From a bacterium (GTDB taxonomy: Bacteria > Actinomycetota > Acidimicrobiia > Spongiisociales > Spongiisociaceae): a stretch of 64,000 nt of DNA. The notes beneath the pieces are model-generated. The model was not told where the DNA came from. It did not search any database and saw only the letters and a program-made list of their open reading frames with translations. Position numbers and translations under genes: made by a program. The DNA lies in contig JAPPGU010000033.1 in the NCBI GenBank assembly GCA_028821265.1, positions 11,437 through 75,436 on the forward strand, given 5' to 3'. How positions within the stretch are numbered: the first letter of the stretch is position 1; every line of letters starts with the position of its first letter. This document shows, piece by piece, positions 8,398 through 17,548 of this stretch.

Positions 8398-10419
8398 ATG
8401 GTGACCAAGCGCATCTACGAGCTTGCCAAGGAGATGGGCCTGGCCTCGCGCGACGTCCTGGCCACGGCACAGGACCTGGGACTGCCGGTTACCACCGCCT
8501 CCTCCGGGCTGGATCCCGGCGATGCCGAGGCCCTTCGCTCCATGCTCCTGCCCGAGGAGCCGGAGGAGGATGGTGCCGACGCTGAGCACGCGCCCGACTT
8601 GCCGGAGGAGGACTCGCCGCCCGAGGTCGAGGAATCCGAGCCCGACATCGAGGTCATCGTGGTGCCGGCCGGGGTGTCGGTGCTCGAGATGGCGAGGGCC
8701 ATGCGCCAGCCCGTGGGAGAGGTCGTCAAGCAGCTGCTGTCGATGGGACTGATGGCGGCCGCCGCCGCACCCGTTCCGCCCGACGCCATCGAGCCCCTGG
8801 GGGAGCACTTCGGGATCATGGTGGAGGTCGAGGAGGGTGCGGAACCGGAGGAGGCCGACGAGCCCCTGGTCAAGCCGAAGAGGGTGTTCGACGACGATCC
8901 CGCCACCCTGGTCGGTCGCCCGCCCGTAGTCACGGTGATGGGGCATGTCGATCATGGCAAGACGACGTTGCTGGACTTCATCCGCAACACCAATGTCGTG
9001 TCGGGAGAAGCCGGGGGGATCACCCAGCACATCGGCGCGTACCAGGCCACGGTGGACGGCCGTCCGATCACCTTCATCGACACCCCCGGCCATGCCGCCT
9101 TCACCGCCATGCGGGCCCGGGGCGCCGAGGTGACCGACATCGTCGTCCTGGTGGTGGCGGCGGACGACGGCGTGATGCCACAGACCATCGAAGCGATCAA
9201 CCACACCATGGCGGCAGACGTGCCGATGATCGTCGCCATCAACAAGATGGATCTCGAGAATGCCGACCCTGTGAGGGTCCGGGCCATGCTGACCGAGCAC
9301 GGGATAGTCACGGAAGAACTGGGTGGCGAGGTCGTCTCGGTGGAGGTGTCCGCAACGTCCGGGGACGGTATGGACAACCTTCTGGAGATGATCGACCTGG
9401 TCGCGCAGGTATCGGAGTTCCAAGCCAACCCGAAGGCCCTGGCGTCGGGAGTGGTGATCGAGAGCCACCTCGATCGAGGGCTGGGTCCGGTAGGTACCGT
9501 GATCGTGCAACGGGGAACCCTGAAGAGGGGGAATTCCCTGGTGGCAGGGACGGTGAGCGGCCGGGCCCGCTCCATCATCGACCACAAGGGGAGCCGTGTC
9601 TCCACAGCGACTCCGTCCACTCCGGTGCTGGTATCGGGATGGACGTCCGTGCCGGCGGCCGGTGACATGTTCGAGGTGGTCAAGAACGACCGTATAGCCC
9701 GTTCCATGGCCTCCGAGCAGGTGGATGCGGTTCGGGCCAGGACCCTCGTCGTGCCCACCGCCCGCGAGCGCCTCGGGCAGTTGCTGGAGCGTCTGCGGTC
9801 CCAGGAGCAGACCGAACTCCTCCTGATCATCAAGGCCGACGCCGATGGTTCGGTAGAGGCGATCCGGGAGGCGGTCGGCCGGATCGCCCGCGAGGGCGGC
9901 CGGGTCAACGTGGTGCATGCCGCGGTGGGCGGCATCAACGAGAACGACATCACCCTCGCCGACGCGACCGGCTCGGTGGTGGTCGGCTTCAACGTCCGAC
10001 CCGACCCCAACGCGAGGCGCGCGGCCGCGGCGGCGGGCATCGAGGTGCTCACCTACTCGATCATCTACGAGCTCCTCGACGAGATGGAGCAGATGCTGGT
10101 CGGCCGGTTGGCGCCGACGCGGGAGGAGACCCTGGTCGGCGTGGCCGAGGTCCGGGCCATCTTCCGCGTGCCGCGCCTGGGTGCGGTGGCCGGTTGCTAC
10201 GTGACCGAGGGCAACATCGTGAGAGACGCGAGGGCCCGGGTGGTCCGGGGCGGGAGCGTGGTCTACGACGGTCGTGTGGCGTCACTGCGCCGGTTCAAGG
10301 AGGATGTGCGCGAGGTGGTGGCCGGATACGAGTGTGGTGTTGGGCTCGAACGCTTCCGGGACGTCAAGGAGGGCGACGTCATCGAGACCTACCGCATCGA
10401 TGAGATAGCGGCCACATGA
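8398..10419 (+). CDS. infB: translation initiation factor IF-2
   Basis: 673 aa. G-domain motifs VTVMGHVDHGKTTLLD, DTPGH and NKMD. Typical C-terminal IYELLDEM and FKEDVREV regions. Confidence 0.97.
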   Translation: MVTKRIYELAKEMGLASRDVLATAQDLGLPVTTASSGLDPGDAEALRSMLLPEEPEEDGADAEHAPDLPEEDSPPEVEESEPDIEVIVVPAGVSVLEMARAMRQPVGEVVKQLLSMGLMAAAAAPVPPDAIEPLGEHFGIMVEVEEGAEPEEADEPLVKPKRVFDDDPATLVGRPPVVTVMGHVDHGKTTLLDFIRNTNVVSGEAGGITQHIGAYQATVDGRPITFIDTPGHAAFTAMRARGAEVTDIVVLVVAADDGVMPQTIEAINHTMAADVPMIVAINKMDLENADPVRVRAMLTEHGIVTEELGGEVVSVEVSATSGDGMDNLLEMIDLVAQVSEFQANPKALASGVVIESHLDRGLGPVGTVIVQRGTLKRGNSLVAGTVSGRARSIIDHKGSRVSTATPSTPVLVSGWTSVPAAGDMFEVVKNDRIARSMASEQVDAVRARTLVVPTARERLGQLLERLRSQEQTELLLIIKADADGSVEAIREAVGRIAREGGRVNVVHAAVGGINENDITLADATGSVVVGFNVRPDPNARRAAAAAGIEVLTYSIIYELLDEMEQMLVGRLAPTREETLVGVAEVRAIFRVPRLGAVAGCYVTEGNIVRDARARVVRGGSVVYDGRVASLRRFKEDVREVVAGYECGVGLERFRDVKEGDVIETYRIDEIAAT

Positions 10420-10440
10420 TCGTGCTGACGTGAGTTCCCC

Positions 10441-10743
10441 ATGGCGAGCATGCACGCAGCGGCGCTCCGGGTTGATCTGCGTTTGCGGGATGTTCATTCG
10501 CTGAAGGCCAAGCGGCAACGGATCGCTCGGCTGTCCGCCAAACTGCGCCGGGCCTTCCCTGTGGCGTTTGCCGAGGTCGATCACCATGACCAGTGGCAGC
10601 GGACCGCCGTGGGGGTGGGCATCGTCTCTTCGCACGCGACACAACTGGAGATGGCGGTCCATTCGGTGTGCCGCTTCTTCGATCGGTGGGAGGAGGCCGA
10701 AGTCCTCTCGGTCGGGGTTTCCTACCTGGAGGACCCGCCATGA
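10441..10743 (+). CDS. DUF503 (YlxP-like) protein
   Basis: 100 aa, DLRLRDVHSLKAKRQRIARL. Small conserved protein at the usual infB-rbfA position. Confidence 0.75.
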   Translation: MASMHAAALRVDLRLRDVHSLKAKRQRIARLSAKLRRAFPVAFAEVDHHDQWQRTAVGVGIVSSHATQLEMAVHSVCRFFDRWEEAEVLSVGVSYLEDPP

Positions 10744-10756
10744 TGGAGGGGACAGG

Positions 10757-11107
10757 ATGGGTCTGAGGCTGCGCCGGGTCAACGAGATCCTCAGGGAGGT
10801 CATCGCGGAGGAGTGCCAGAACCTCAAGGATCCCCGCATCGGGTTCCTGACGGTGACCGGGGTGTCCGCGTCCCCGGACCTCCGCAAGGCCGAGGTCTAC
10901 TACACCGTTCTGGGCGACGAAGAGACCGAGGCCCGGACCGCCGAGGCGCTGGCGGCGGCGGCCTCCCGGATCCGCGCCGCGGTCGGTCCGCAGGTGCGGA
11001 TGAAGTACCTCCCCGAGTTGAGGTTCGTTCCCGATCCGGCCGTGGCGCATGCCCGGCGGATAGAGGAGATACTGAGGAACATGGACGGGCAAGGCGGGAG
11101 CCGGTGA
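10757..11107 (+). CDS. rbfA: ribosome-binding factor A
   Basis: Starts MGLRLRRVNEILREVIAEE, with LKDPRIGFLTVTGV and YLPELRF. ATG 10757 was chosen inside the longer track ORF 10568-11107. Confidence 0.9.
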   Translation: MGLRLRRVNEILREVIAEECQNLKDPRIGFLTVTGVSASPDLRKAEVYYTVLGDEETEARTAEALAAAASRIRAAVGPQVRMKYLPELRFVPDPAVAHARRIEEILRNMDGQGGSR

Positions 11108-12075
11108 TGCCGGGAGTGAGCCGTGGCCTCAGGGACGCGGCCCGCGCCGTCCGGGAGGCCCGTACGCTGGTCACCACGGGCCATGTCAAGCCGGATGGCG
11201 ATGCCCTGGGGTCAGCCCTGGGCCTGGCTCTGGCGGCCCGCGCCGCGGGTTGCTCGGCACGAGTCTGCTTCGGGGAGCGCTTCGTCCTGGGACGGCAATT
11301 CGGTTTCCTGGATGCCCGTCCGGTGGTTGATCCCGCCGAGGCGGGTGCGCCCGACGTGCTGGTGGCCTTTGACTGCAATGACCTGGACCGGCTCGGCCCG
11401 GAACTGGTCCCGGTGGTCGAGGCGGCCGGGACGGTGGTGATGATCGACCATCACGTGGCGGGTCCCGGATTCGGAGACATCAGGGTTTGTGACCCGGATG
11501 CTCCGGCGGCCGCGCTGCTCTGCTACCGCCTGATCAGGCTGATCGGATGGGATGTGCCGGCCGAGGCGGCCACGGCCCTGTTGCTGGGCCTGGTTACCGA
11601 CACGGGTCGCTTCCAGTACGGCAACACCAATCCCGAGGTCCTCAGGGCGGCGGCGGAGCTGGTGGAAGCAGGAGCGCGCCCGGAGGTGATCGGGCAGTCC
11701 GTCTACGAGTCGGTGGCGTTCGGGTATCTCGGCGTGGCCGGAACGGTGCTGTCCCGCGCCACGCTCGAGCCGGCTCACGCCCTCGTCTGGTCCTACGTCA
11801 CCCAGGACGATCTCAGGCGCCACGGCATCGGGATGGAGGACGCCGACGCCCTGATCGACGACATTCGGGTGGCCCGGGAGGCCGAGGTGGCGCTGTTGCT
11901 CAAGCAGCAGCCCGGCGGGGAGTGGAAGCTGAGCCTGAGATCCCGCCGGCACGTGGATGTCGCCGCCATAGCGGAGACGATGGGTGGTGGCGGCCACCAC
12001 CGGGCCGCCGGATGCTCGTTCTCGGGCACGCGGGACGAAGCGGTCGAAGTCGTCAGGAAACGGCTGGCCGGGTGA
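11107..12075 (+). CDS. nrnA: DHH/DHHA1 phosphoesterase, NrnA/CnpB-like nanoRNase and pAp phosphatase
   Basis: Contains HVKPDGDALGS, AFDCND, IDHHV (DHH motif) and GGGGHHRAAG (DHHA1 GGGH). Its start overlaps the rbfA stop. Position between rbfA and truB as in mycobacteria. Confidence 0.85.
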   Translation: MPGVSRGLRDAARAVREARTLVTTGHVKPDGDALGSALGLALAARAAGCSARVCFGERFVLGRQFGFLDARPVVDPAEAGAPDVLVAFDCNDLDRLGPELVPVVEAAGTVVMIDHHVAGPGFGDIRVCDPDAPAAALLCYRLIRLIGWDVPAEAATALLLGLVTDTGRFQYGNTNPEVLRAAAELVEAGARPEVIGQSVYESVAFGYLGVAGTVLSRATLEPAHALVWSYVTQDDLRRHGIGMEDADALIDDIRVAREAEVALLLKQQPGGEWKLSLRSRRHVDVAAIAETMGGGGHHRAAGCSFSGTRDEAVEVVRKRLAG

Positions 12076-12953
12076 GTGCCGGTTCCGGGTTCGTCCTGGT
12101 CGACAAGGCCGGCGGGTGGACGTCCCATGATGTGGTGGCCAAGTGTCGCCGGATCCTCGGTATGCGCCGGATCGGGCACGCAGGCACCCTCGATCCCATG
12201 GCGACGGGCCTGCTCGTCCTCGGCATCGGGAGGGCCACCCGGCTGCTCCGCTTCGTCACCGACCTGCCCAAGGAGTACGAGGCCACGGCCCGCTTCGGCG
12301 TGGCCACCGACAGCCTGGACGCCGACGGCAAGGAGACGGCGCGGGTGCCGATGAGCGTCGACCGTGAGGATGTGGTCGGCGCCCTGGACCGCTTCAGGGG
12401 AGAGATCCTCCAGACACCGCCGATGGTGTCGGCGGTGAAGGTGGGCGGCAAGAGGCTGCATGAGCTGGCCAGGCGTGGCGAGGAGGTGGAACGGCCTCCC
12501 CGGAAGGCGAGGGTGCACCGCCTGGATATGGAGGGTTTCTCGGCCGGGCCGTTCCCGGAGGTCCACCTCCGGGTGGTCGGAGGGAGCGGCCTCTACGTCC
12601 GGGTACTGGCCGACGACCTGGCCGGGGCCCTCGGCGGGCGGGCCCACCTGACTGCCCTTCGCAGGGTGGCGAGCGGCAGCCTCCGGGTGGAAGAGGCGTG
12701 GACGATCGACCGGTTGGTGCGCCTCGGCGCCGAGGGCCGCCTGGCAGAAGCGGTGCTGGAACCGGCCGCCGCCCTGTCGCATCTGCCGTCCGTGAGTGTG
12801 GACCACGACAAGGCTGTCCGGGTGCGTAGCGGGCAACGACTGCCCTCCCCCCCTGACCTGGACGGGCTGGTTCGGGTGATCGCGGAGGGGCGTCTGCTGG
12901 CCATCTACCGCGCCCGTGACGATCGGCTGGTTCCGGAGGTTGTGCTGGCGTGA
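12072..12953 (+). CDS. truB: tRNA pseudouridine(55) synthase
   Basis: From GTG 12072: VSAGSGFVLVDKAGGWTSHDVV and GHAGTLDPMATGLLVLGIG (catalytic Asp motif). Overlaps the nrnA stop. Confidence 0.92.
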   Translation: MSAGSGFVLVDKAGGWTSHDVVAKCRRILGMRRIGHAGTLDPMATGLLVLGIGRATRLLRFVTDLPKEYEATARFGVATDSLDADGKETARVPMSVDREDVVGALDRFRGEILQTPPMVSAVKVGGKRLHELARRGEEVERPPRKARVHRLDMEGFSAGPFPEVHLRVVGGSGLYVRVLADDLAGALGGRAHLTALRRVASGSLRVEEAWTIDRLVRLGAEGRLAEAVLEPAAALSHLPSVSVDHDKAVRVRSGQRLPSPPDLDGLVRVIAEGRLLAIYRARDDRLVPEVVLA

Positions 12954-12963
12954 ATCGGGTCCG

Positions 12964-13881
12964 ATGAAGATCTGGAGGGGCGATCCACTCGCCTGGGGAC
13001 CGGGCCCGGATGGCGGGACGGCACTGACCATAGGCGTATTCGACGGCGTCCACCGGGGTCACCGGACGCTGCTGGACGACCTGGCGGAGCAGGCCGTCCG
13101 AGCGGGGGGCCTCGAGACGGTCGTGGTTACGTTCGATGTCCATCCCCGCCGGTTCTTCGATCCGATCCACGGGCCGGCCTTGCTGGTGACGCTGTCGCGC
13201 CGGCTCGAGTTGCTGGAGTCGGCGGGTGCGGACCACGTGGGGGTGCTCCCTTTCGCGGACGTGCGCCACCTCGGTCCCGAGGACTTCATCCGCCGGGTGG
13301 TGTCGGGCGGGTTCAACGCCCGAGCCGTGGTGGTGGGGGAGGGTTTCCGGTACGGGGCCGGTAGATCCGGAGACGTGGACGACCTGGTGGCATCGGGCCA
13401 TTCCCACGGCTTCCGGGTCGAGGCCATCCGGCTGCAGGACGGTAAGGAAGGGCCGATCTCGTCGTCCACGATCCGTCGCCACATAGCGGTGGGTGAGGTG
13501 GCGGCTGCCGCCGAGTTGCTCGGCCGGCCTCATGAAGTGCCCGGCCGGCTCGTCACACCTGAGGAGAGAGGGGATGCCTCGACCCTGGCCGTGGATGTGA
13601 ACTGGTCGATGGCGGTGCCCGGATCCGGGGTATACGCAGTGACCCTGGGCGCGGACGACCCCGACAGCCCCGGCGCCTGCGCCATCGGTGGTGCCGGCCG
13701 ACCGCTCCGGGTCTGCCTGCCGGATCGGTCGACCGGTCCGGCTCCGGGTGACCGCCTGGTCCTGACCTTCCTCGACCGCCTCCGCCCTTCTCCGCCGGGA
13801 GGCAGTGCTCCACCCCGGATCACCCCCGCGGATCTCGCAGGAGTACTTCGCCTGAAGGGTGGTTCCTCCCGTCGAGTCTGA
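12964..13881 (+). CDS. ribF: RibF-type FAD synthetase / riboflavin kinase fusion with a divergent C-terminal kinase module
   Basis: GVFDGVHRGH, VVGEGFRYG, ISSSTIRRHI and AAELLGRP are typical of the FMN-adenylyltransferase half. The C-terminal half aligns only loosely with riboflavin kinase (see findings). ATG 12964 preferred. Confidence 0.8.
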   Translation: MKIWRGDPLAWGPGPDGGTALTIGVFDGVHRGHRTLLDDLAEQAVRAGGLETVVVTFDVHPRRFFDPIHGPALLVTLSRRLELLESAGADHVGVLPFADVRHLGPEDFIRRVVSGGFNARAVVVGEGFRYGAGRSGDVDDLVASGHSHGFRVEAIRLQDGKEGPISSSTIRRHIAVGEVAAAAELLGRPHEVPGRLVTPEERGDASTLAVDVNWSMAVPGSGVYAVTLGADDPDSPGACAIGGAGRPLRVCLPDRSTGPAPGDRLVLTFLDRLRPSPPGGSAPPRITPADLAGVLRLKGGSSRRV

Positions 13882-14004
13882 GCCCGCCCGCGGAGAGTGA
13901 GAAACGTAGGGGTTGAACTCCGGTGGATACGGGTCCACTATGGCCATCACGGGGCGCACGGGGGACGGCACACACCTGCAAGCGACATGATTGGATGATT
14001 TCAA

Positions 14005-14205
14005 GTGGACGATCGAGACCGCAACGGGCAGCTCTTTCGGGCCTATCTGGCCGTGTTCGAGCTCACCTACCTGCGCATCCTGCTGGCGTTCCTGCAATTC
14101 CAGCGCTGGGCCATGATCACCTTCTACCGCCTGGTGCTCGGGATCGACAAGCGCCCTCCGCCCCGGCCGACGCAGGCGGAGCTCCGGGAGAGGTACGGGC
14201 GGTGA
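14005..14205 (+). CDS. hypothetical small protein (66 aa)
   Basis: The only support is strong GC3 codon bias across the ORF (ctc, gcc, ctg, ttc, atc, cgc and similar) within an otherwise noncoding ribF-rpsO gap, plus a hydrophobic/amphipathic central helix (LAVFELTYLRILLAFLQF). GTG start, no clear SD. Confidence 0.4.
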   Translation: MDDRDRNGQLFRAYLAVFELTYLRILLAFLQFQRWAMITFYRLVLGIDKRPPPRPTQAELRERYGR

Positions 14206-14348
14206 AGCGAGGGGGGCACGCAAAATAGTCCGGTTGGTCTGATAGCGGGCAGCAGCACCCCGAGTCGACGGATCGCTGGTCAACCACCCCCGTCGCCAGC
14301 ACCTTCCTCGGCAGCTCGCGGCCGGCGCGCACCCGGTCGCCATGGAGG

Positions 14349-14357
14349 TGCTACACT
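14349..14357 (+). promoter_or_regulatory. candidate extended -10 promoter element for rpsO
   Basis: gtgcTACACT (TGn + TAnnnT) lies about 57 nt upstream of the rpsO ATG. No convincing -35. Confidence 0.25.
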
Positions 14358-14413
14358 CCGGCCGGTCCCCACTTCTACATGCCGGTCCGGTATGTGCTGA
14401 TCGAGTGAGAGAG

Positions 14414-14671
14414 ATGAAACCGACCCAGGAAATTGTTGCCGAGTTCGGCGCACACGACAGCGACACCGGATCTCCCGAGGTCCAGGTCGCGCTGCTCTCA
14501 CAGCGAATCCGTCACCTGACCGATCACCTGCGTGAGCACAAGCATGACCATCACAGCCGCCGAGGTTTGCTGATGATGGTGGGCAAGCGCAAGCGGCTAC
14601 TGGACTACCTGCGGACGAACGATGCCGAGCGGTATCGTCGGGTGATCGCCAAGCTCGGATTGCGTCGATAG
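14414..14671 (+). CDS. rpsO: 30S ribosomal protein S15
   Basis: [71 protein letters not shown]-like sequence upstream of ATG 14414. Confidence 0.95.
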   Translation: MKPTQEIVAEFGAHDSDTGSPEVQVALLSQRIRHLTDHLREHKHDHHSRRGLLMMVGKRKRLLDYLRTNDAERYRRVIAKLGLRR

Positions 14672-14710
14672 CACTCCGTGGAGACGGTCGTTCCGTATCA
14701 AGAACGGACC

Positions 14711-14743
14711 GGCCACCGGCAGCGCTCGCTCGGTCCGGTGGCC
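14711..14743 (+). terminator. stem-loop in the rpsO-pnp intergenic region (rpsO terminator/attenuator or pnp leader structure)
   Basis: ggccaccgg (14711-14719) pairs with ccggtggcc (14735-14743), a 9-bp GC stem. There is no U-tract. rpsO-pnp leaders are known sites of RNase III/PNPase autoregulation. Confidence 0.4.
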
Positions 14744-14998
14744 AAGGAAGAAGTGGGATGATTCGAAGCGCCCGTATGGCGCTCATCGATAGTGATGGCT
14801 GATCGGGAAAGTCCCGTAGGCCAACCGAACCACACAAGCAGGCTGGTAGCGCCCGGAGAAACGGCGTAGATCAGTTGTCAGTCGCCATTCCTTCATGACG
14901 CGGCGCAGCTACGAAGCGTCCGGAGGTATGACCACTGGTAATTGACTTCGCCGCTCTCCGAGCGATAGGTGCCTGGGCATAGAAACCAAGGAGAGCAT

Positions 14999-17464
14999 GT
15001 GTCTGAACAAGTCGTTCGTGGCCTTATAGGTGAAAAAGAGGTCGTGATTTCCACCGGCAAACTCGCCGGTCAAGCAAACGGGGCGGTTCGCGTCTCCATG
15101 GGGGAGACGGAAGTGCTGGTCGCCGCCACCGCCAGCGACAAGCCGCGGGAGGGAGTGAGTTTCTTCCCCCTCACGATCGATGTCGAGGAGCGGATGTACG
15201 CGGTGGGCAAGATCCCCGGGTCCTTCTTCCGCCGGGAGGGTCGGGCCACCGAGCGGGCCACGCTGAGTGCCCGGCTCATCGACCGGCCCCTCCGCCCGTC
15301 CTTCCGTGACGGGTACCGCAACGACACCCATGTGGTGGCCACCGTGCTCCAGGTGGATGGTGAGACGGCCTATGACGTGCTGGCTCTCAACGGCGCGTCT
15401 GCGGCCCTGACCATCAGCGATCTCCCCTTCGAGGGACCGCTGGGCGGGGTCCGGCTGGGCCTGGGCGAGAACGGGTGGGTGCCGTTCCCCACGTTCAGCG
15501 AGTTGGAGGAGTGCGTGTTCGACCTGGTGGTGGTCGGCAAGCACAACGACTCAGGGGCCGTGGACATCATCATGGTGGAGGCCGGCGCCACCGACGGCGC
15601 CCTGGCCCTGATCGGAGAGGGTCATGCCCCACCGGACGAGGACGCAGTAGCAGCCGGCCTCGAGGAGGCCAAGGCCTACATCGGGCAGTTGCTCGATCTG
15701 CAGGGCGAGCTACAGGGACTTACCAATAAGGAAGTCGGGGAGTGGCCGTCGGTCATCGAATACACAGAGGATGTGTACGAGCGGGTGTCGGATCTGGCCG
15801 CCGACGGGATCGCCGAGGTGGTCAGGATTGCTGACAAGGCCGAGCGAGAGTCCGCTGGGGCGGAGTTGGCCGAGCGGGTGGCCGCGGAGTACGGCGTCGA
15901 TGAAGATGACGCCGAAACTGCTCGGCAGGTCAAGGCCGCGTTGCGAGCCGCCACCAAGAAGGCGATGCGCCGGCAGATCATCGATGAGGGAATCCGCATG
16001 GACGGCCGGGGTGTCACCGACATCCGGCCGCTGTCCGCCGAGGTCAACGTGTTGACCCGGGCCCACGGATCCGCGCTGTTCACCCGCGGGGAAACGCAGG
16101 TGCTGAACGTCCTCACGCTGGGCATGCCGCGCATGGAGCAGATGCTCGACACCATCAGCAACGAGGAAGCCAAGCGCTACATGCACCACTACAACTTCCC
16201 GCCCTACTGCACCGGGGAGGCCGGGTTCATGAGGGGACCCAAGCGGCGGGAGATCGGACACGGCGCTCTGGCGGAGAAGGCCCTCCTACCGGTGCTTCCT
16301 GCCGATGACGGGTTCCAATACACGCTCCGGCTGGTCTCGGAGGTGCTCTCGTCCAACGGGTCCTCCTCGATGGCATCGGTCTGTGGCTCCTCGCTCTCCC
16401 TTATGGATGCGGGCGTCAGGATCGCCGATCCGGTGGCCGGTATAGCCATGGGCTTGATCGCCGACGGTGACAACTACGTGACCTTGACAGACATCCTCGG
16501 GGCGGAGGACGCCTTGGGCGACATGGACTTCAAGGTGGCCGGAACCGCAGACGTCATCACCGCCCTCCAGCTCGATATGAAGATCGACGGTCTGCCGGCG
16601 GAGGTACTCGCCGGTGCCCTCATCCAGGCCAAGCAGGCCCGGATGGAGATACTGGATGTGATGATGGAGGCCATCGACGGGCCTCGCGAGGAGATGAAGG
16701 AGCATGCTCCCCGCCTCGAGACCGTCAAGATCCCGGTGGACAAGATCGGCGACATCATCGGTCCCAAGGGGAAGATCATCCGCGAGCTGGAGGCCGAGAC
16801 CGGCGCCTCGATCGAGGTTCAGGATGACGGCACGGTGCTGGTGTCCTCGAGTGACGGCACCTCACTGGCCGACGCCTTGAACCGGGTCAACGAGATCGCC
16901 TTCCCGCCGACGCCCGAAGTGGACAAGCAGTACGAGGGCAAGGTGGTGAGCATCACCGACTTCGGGGCGTTCATCAACATCCTTCCGGGCCGGGACGGCC
17001 TCCTCCACATCTCCAAGTTCGACAGCACCCGCCACGTGCGCCGGGTCGGCGACTACCTGTCCGAGGGTGATCCCCTGACGGTGGTGGTCGACTCCATCGA
17101 CCGCAACGGCAAGGTCTCGCTCAAGGTGACGGCCGACCTGGAGCCGAAGCCCGGCGCCAAGGTCGGGGCACCGGGCCAGCCGCGCGATCGGGGTGACCGA
17201 GGACCCGGACGGGGCGGCGGCGGGAGAGGCCCCAATCGGGGTCGCGGACCTCGCCAGGGTCGAGGCGGCGGCCGCCCGCAGGGCCGCGGCGGCAACCGGG
17301 GTCGTGGCCAGGGTGGTCGTGGCCAGGGTGGTCGTGGCCAAGGCGGTCGCGGCCAGGGTGGTCGTGGCCAGGGCGGCGGCGGCAACCGCCGGAGATCAGG
17401 CTCGGCAGGCAACGGCGGGCGTAGGTTCGCCTCCTTCGAGGACGCCTTCACCGACGGCATCTAG
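14999..17464 (+). CDS. pnp: polyribonucleotide nucleotidyltransferase (PNPase) with a C-terminal RGG-repeat tail
   Basis: Two RNase PH domains (FFRREGR, FMRGPKRREIGHGALAE), a KH domain (KIGDIIGPKGKIIREL), an S1 domain (YEGKVVSITDFGAFINI), then about 80 aa rich in RG/RGG. GTG 14999 is preceded by AAGGAGAG. Confidence 0.95.
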   Translation: MSEQVVRGLIGEKEVVISTGKLAGQANGAVRVSMGETEVLVAATASDKPREGVSFFPLTIDVEERMYAVGKIPGSFFRREGRATERATLSARLIDRPLRPSFRDGYRNDTHVVATVLQVDGETAYDVLALNGASAALTISDLPFEGPLGGVRLGLGENGWVPFPTFSELEECVFDLVVVGKHNDSGAVDIIMVEAGATDGALALIGEGHAPPDEDAVAAGLEEAKAYIGQLLDLQGELQGLTNKEVGEWPSVIEYTEDVYERVSDLAADGIAEVVRIADKAERESAGAELAERVAAEYGVDEDDAETARQVKAALRAATKKAMRRQIIDEGIRMDGRGVTDIRPLSAEVNVLTRAHGSALFTRGETQVLNVLTLGMPRMEQMLDTISNEEAKRYMHHYNFPPYCTGEAGFMRGPKRREIGHGALAEKALLPVLPADDGFQYTLRLVSEVLSSNGSSSMASVCGSSLSLMDAGVRIADPVAGIAMGLIADGDNYVTLTDILGAEDALGDMDFKVAGTADVITALQLDMKIDGLPAEVLAGALIQAKQARMEILDVMMEAIDGPREEMKEHAPRLETVKIPVDKIGDIIGPKGKIIRELEAETGASIEVQDDGTVLVSSSDGTSLADALNRVNEIAFPPTPEVDKQYEGKVVSITDFGAFINILPGRDGLLHISKFDSTRHVRRVGDYLSEGDPLTVVVDSIDRNGKVSLKVTADLEPKPGAKVGAPGQPRDRGDRGPGRGGGGRGPNRGRGPRQGRGGGRPQGRGGNRGRGQGGRGQGGRGQGGRGQGGRGQGGGGNRRRSGSAGNGGRRFASFEDAFTDGI
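17301..17375 (+). repeat. five tandem copies of a 15-bp unit (GTCGTGGCCAGGGTG) encoding (GRGQG)n within pnp
   Basis: Read directly: gtcgtggccagggtg x2, gtcgtggccaaggcg, gtcgcggccagggtg, gtcgtggccagggcg. Confidence 0.9.
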
Positions 17465-17479
17465 CCTTCGCGGAGAGCG

Positions 17480-17508
17480 CCCGGCCCACGCCAGTGACGT
17501 GGGCCGGG
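17480..17508 (+). terminator. GC-rich hairpin after pnp (putative terminator without U-tract)
   Basis: cccggcccacg (17480-17490) pairs with cgtgggccggg (17498-17508), an 11-bp perfect stem with a 7-nt loop. It starts 16 nt after the pnp stop. Confidence 0.5.
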
Positions 17509-17548
17509 GCACTGTCCATCGACAACCAACCACTGTAGGCTCGGCAGC

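Noticed and set aside
7144-9918. 924-aa ORF antisense to nusA/infB. Similar very long antisense ORFs occur at 12394-14466, 37272-38900 and 39032-40900.
   Set aside because: These are typical shadow ORFs of GC-rich DNA. They are Arg/Gly/Pro/His-rich, have no recognisable motifs, and lie opposite genes with unambiguous conserved motifs and proper GC3 codon bias.
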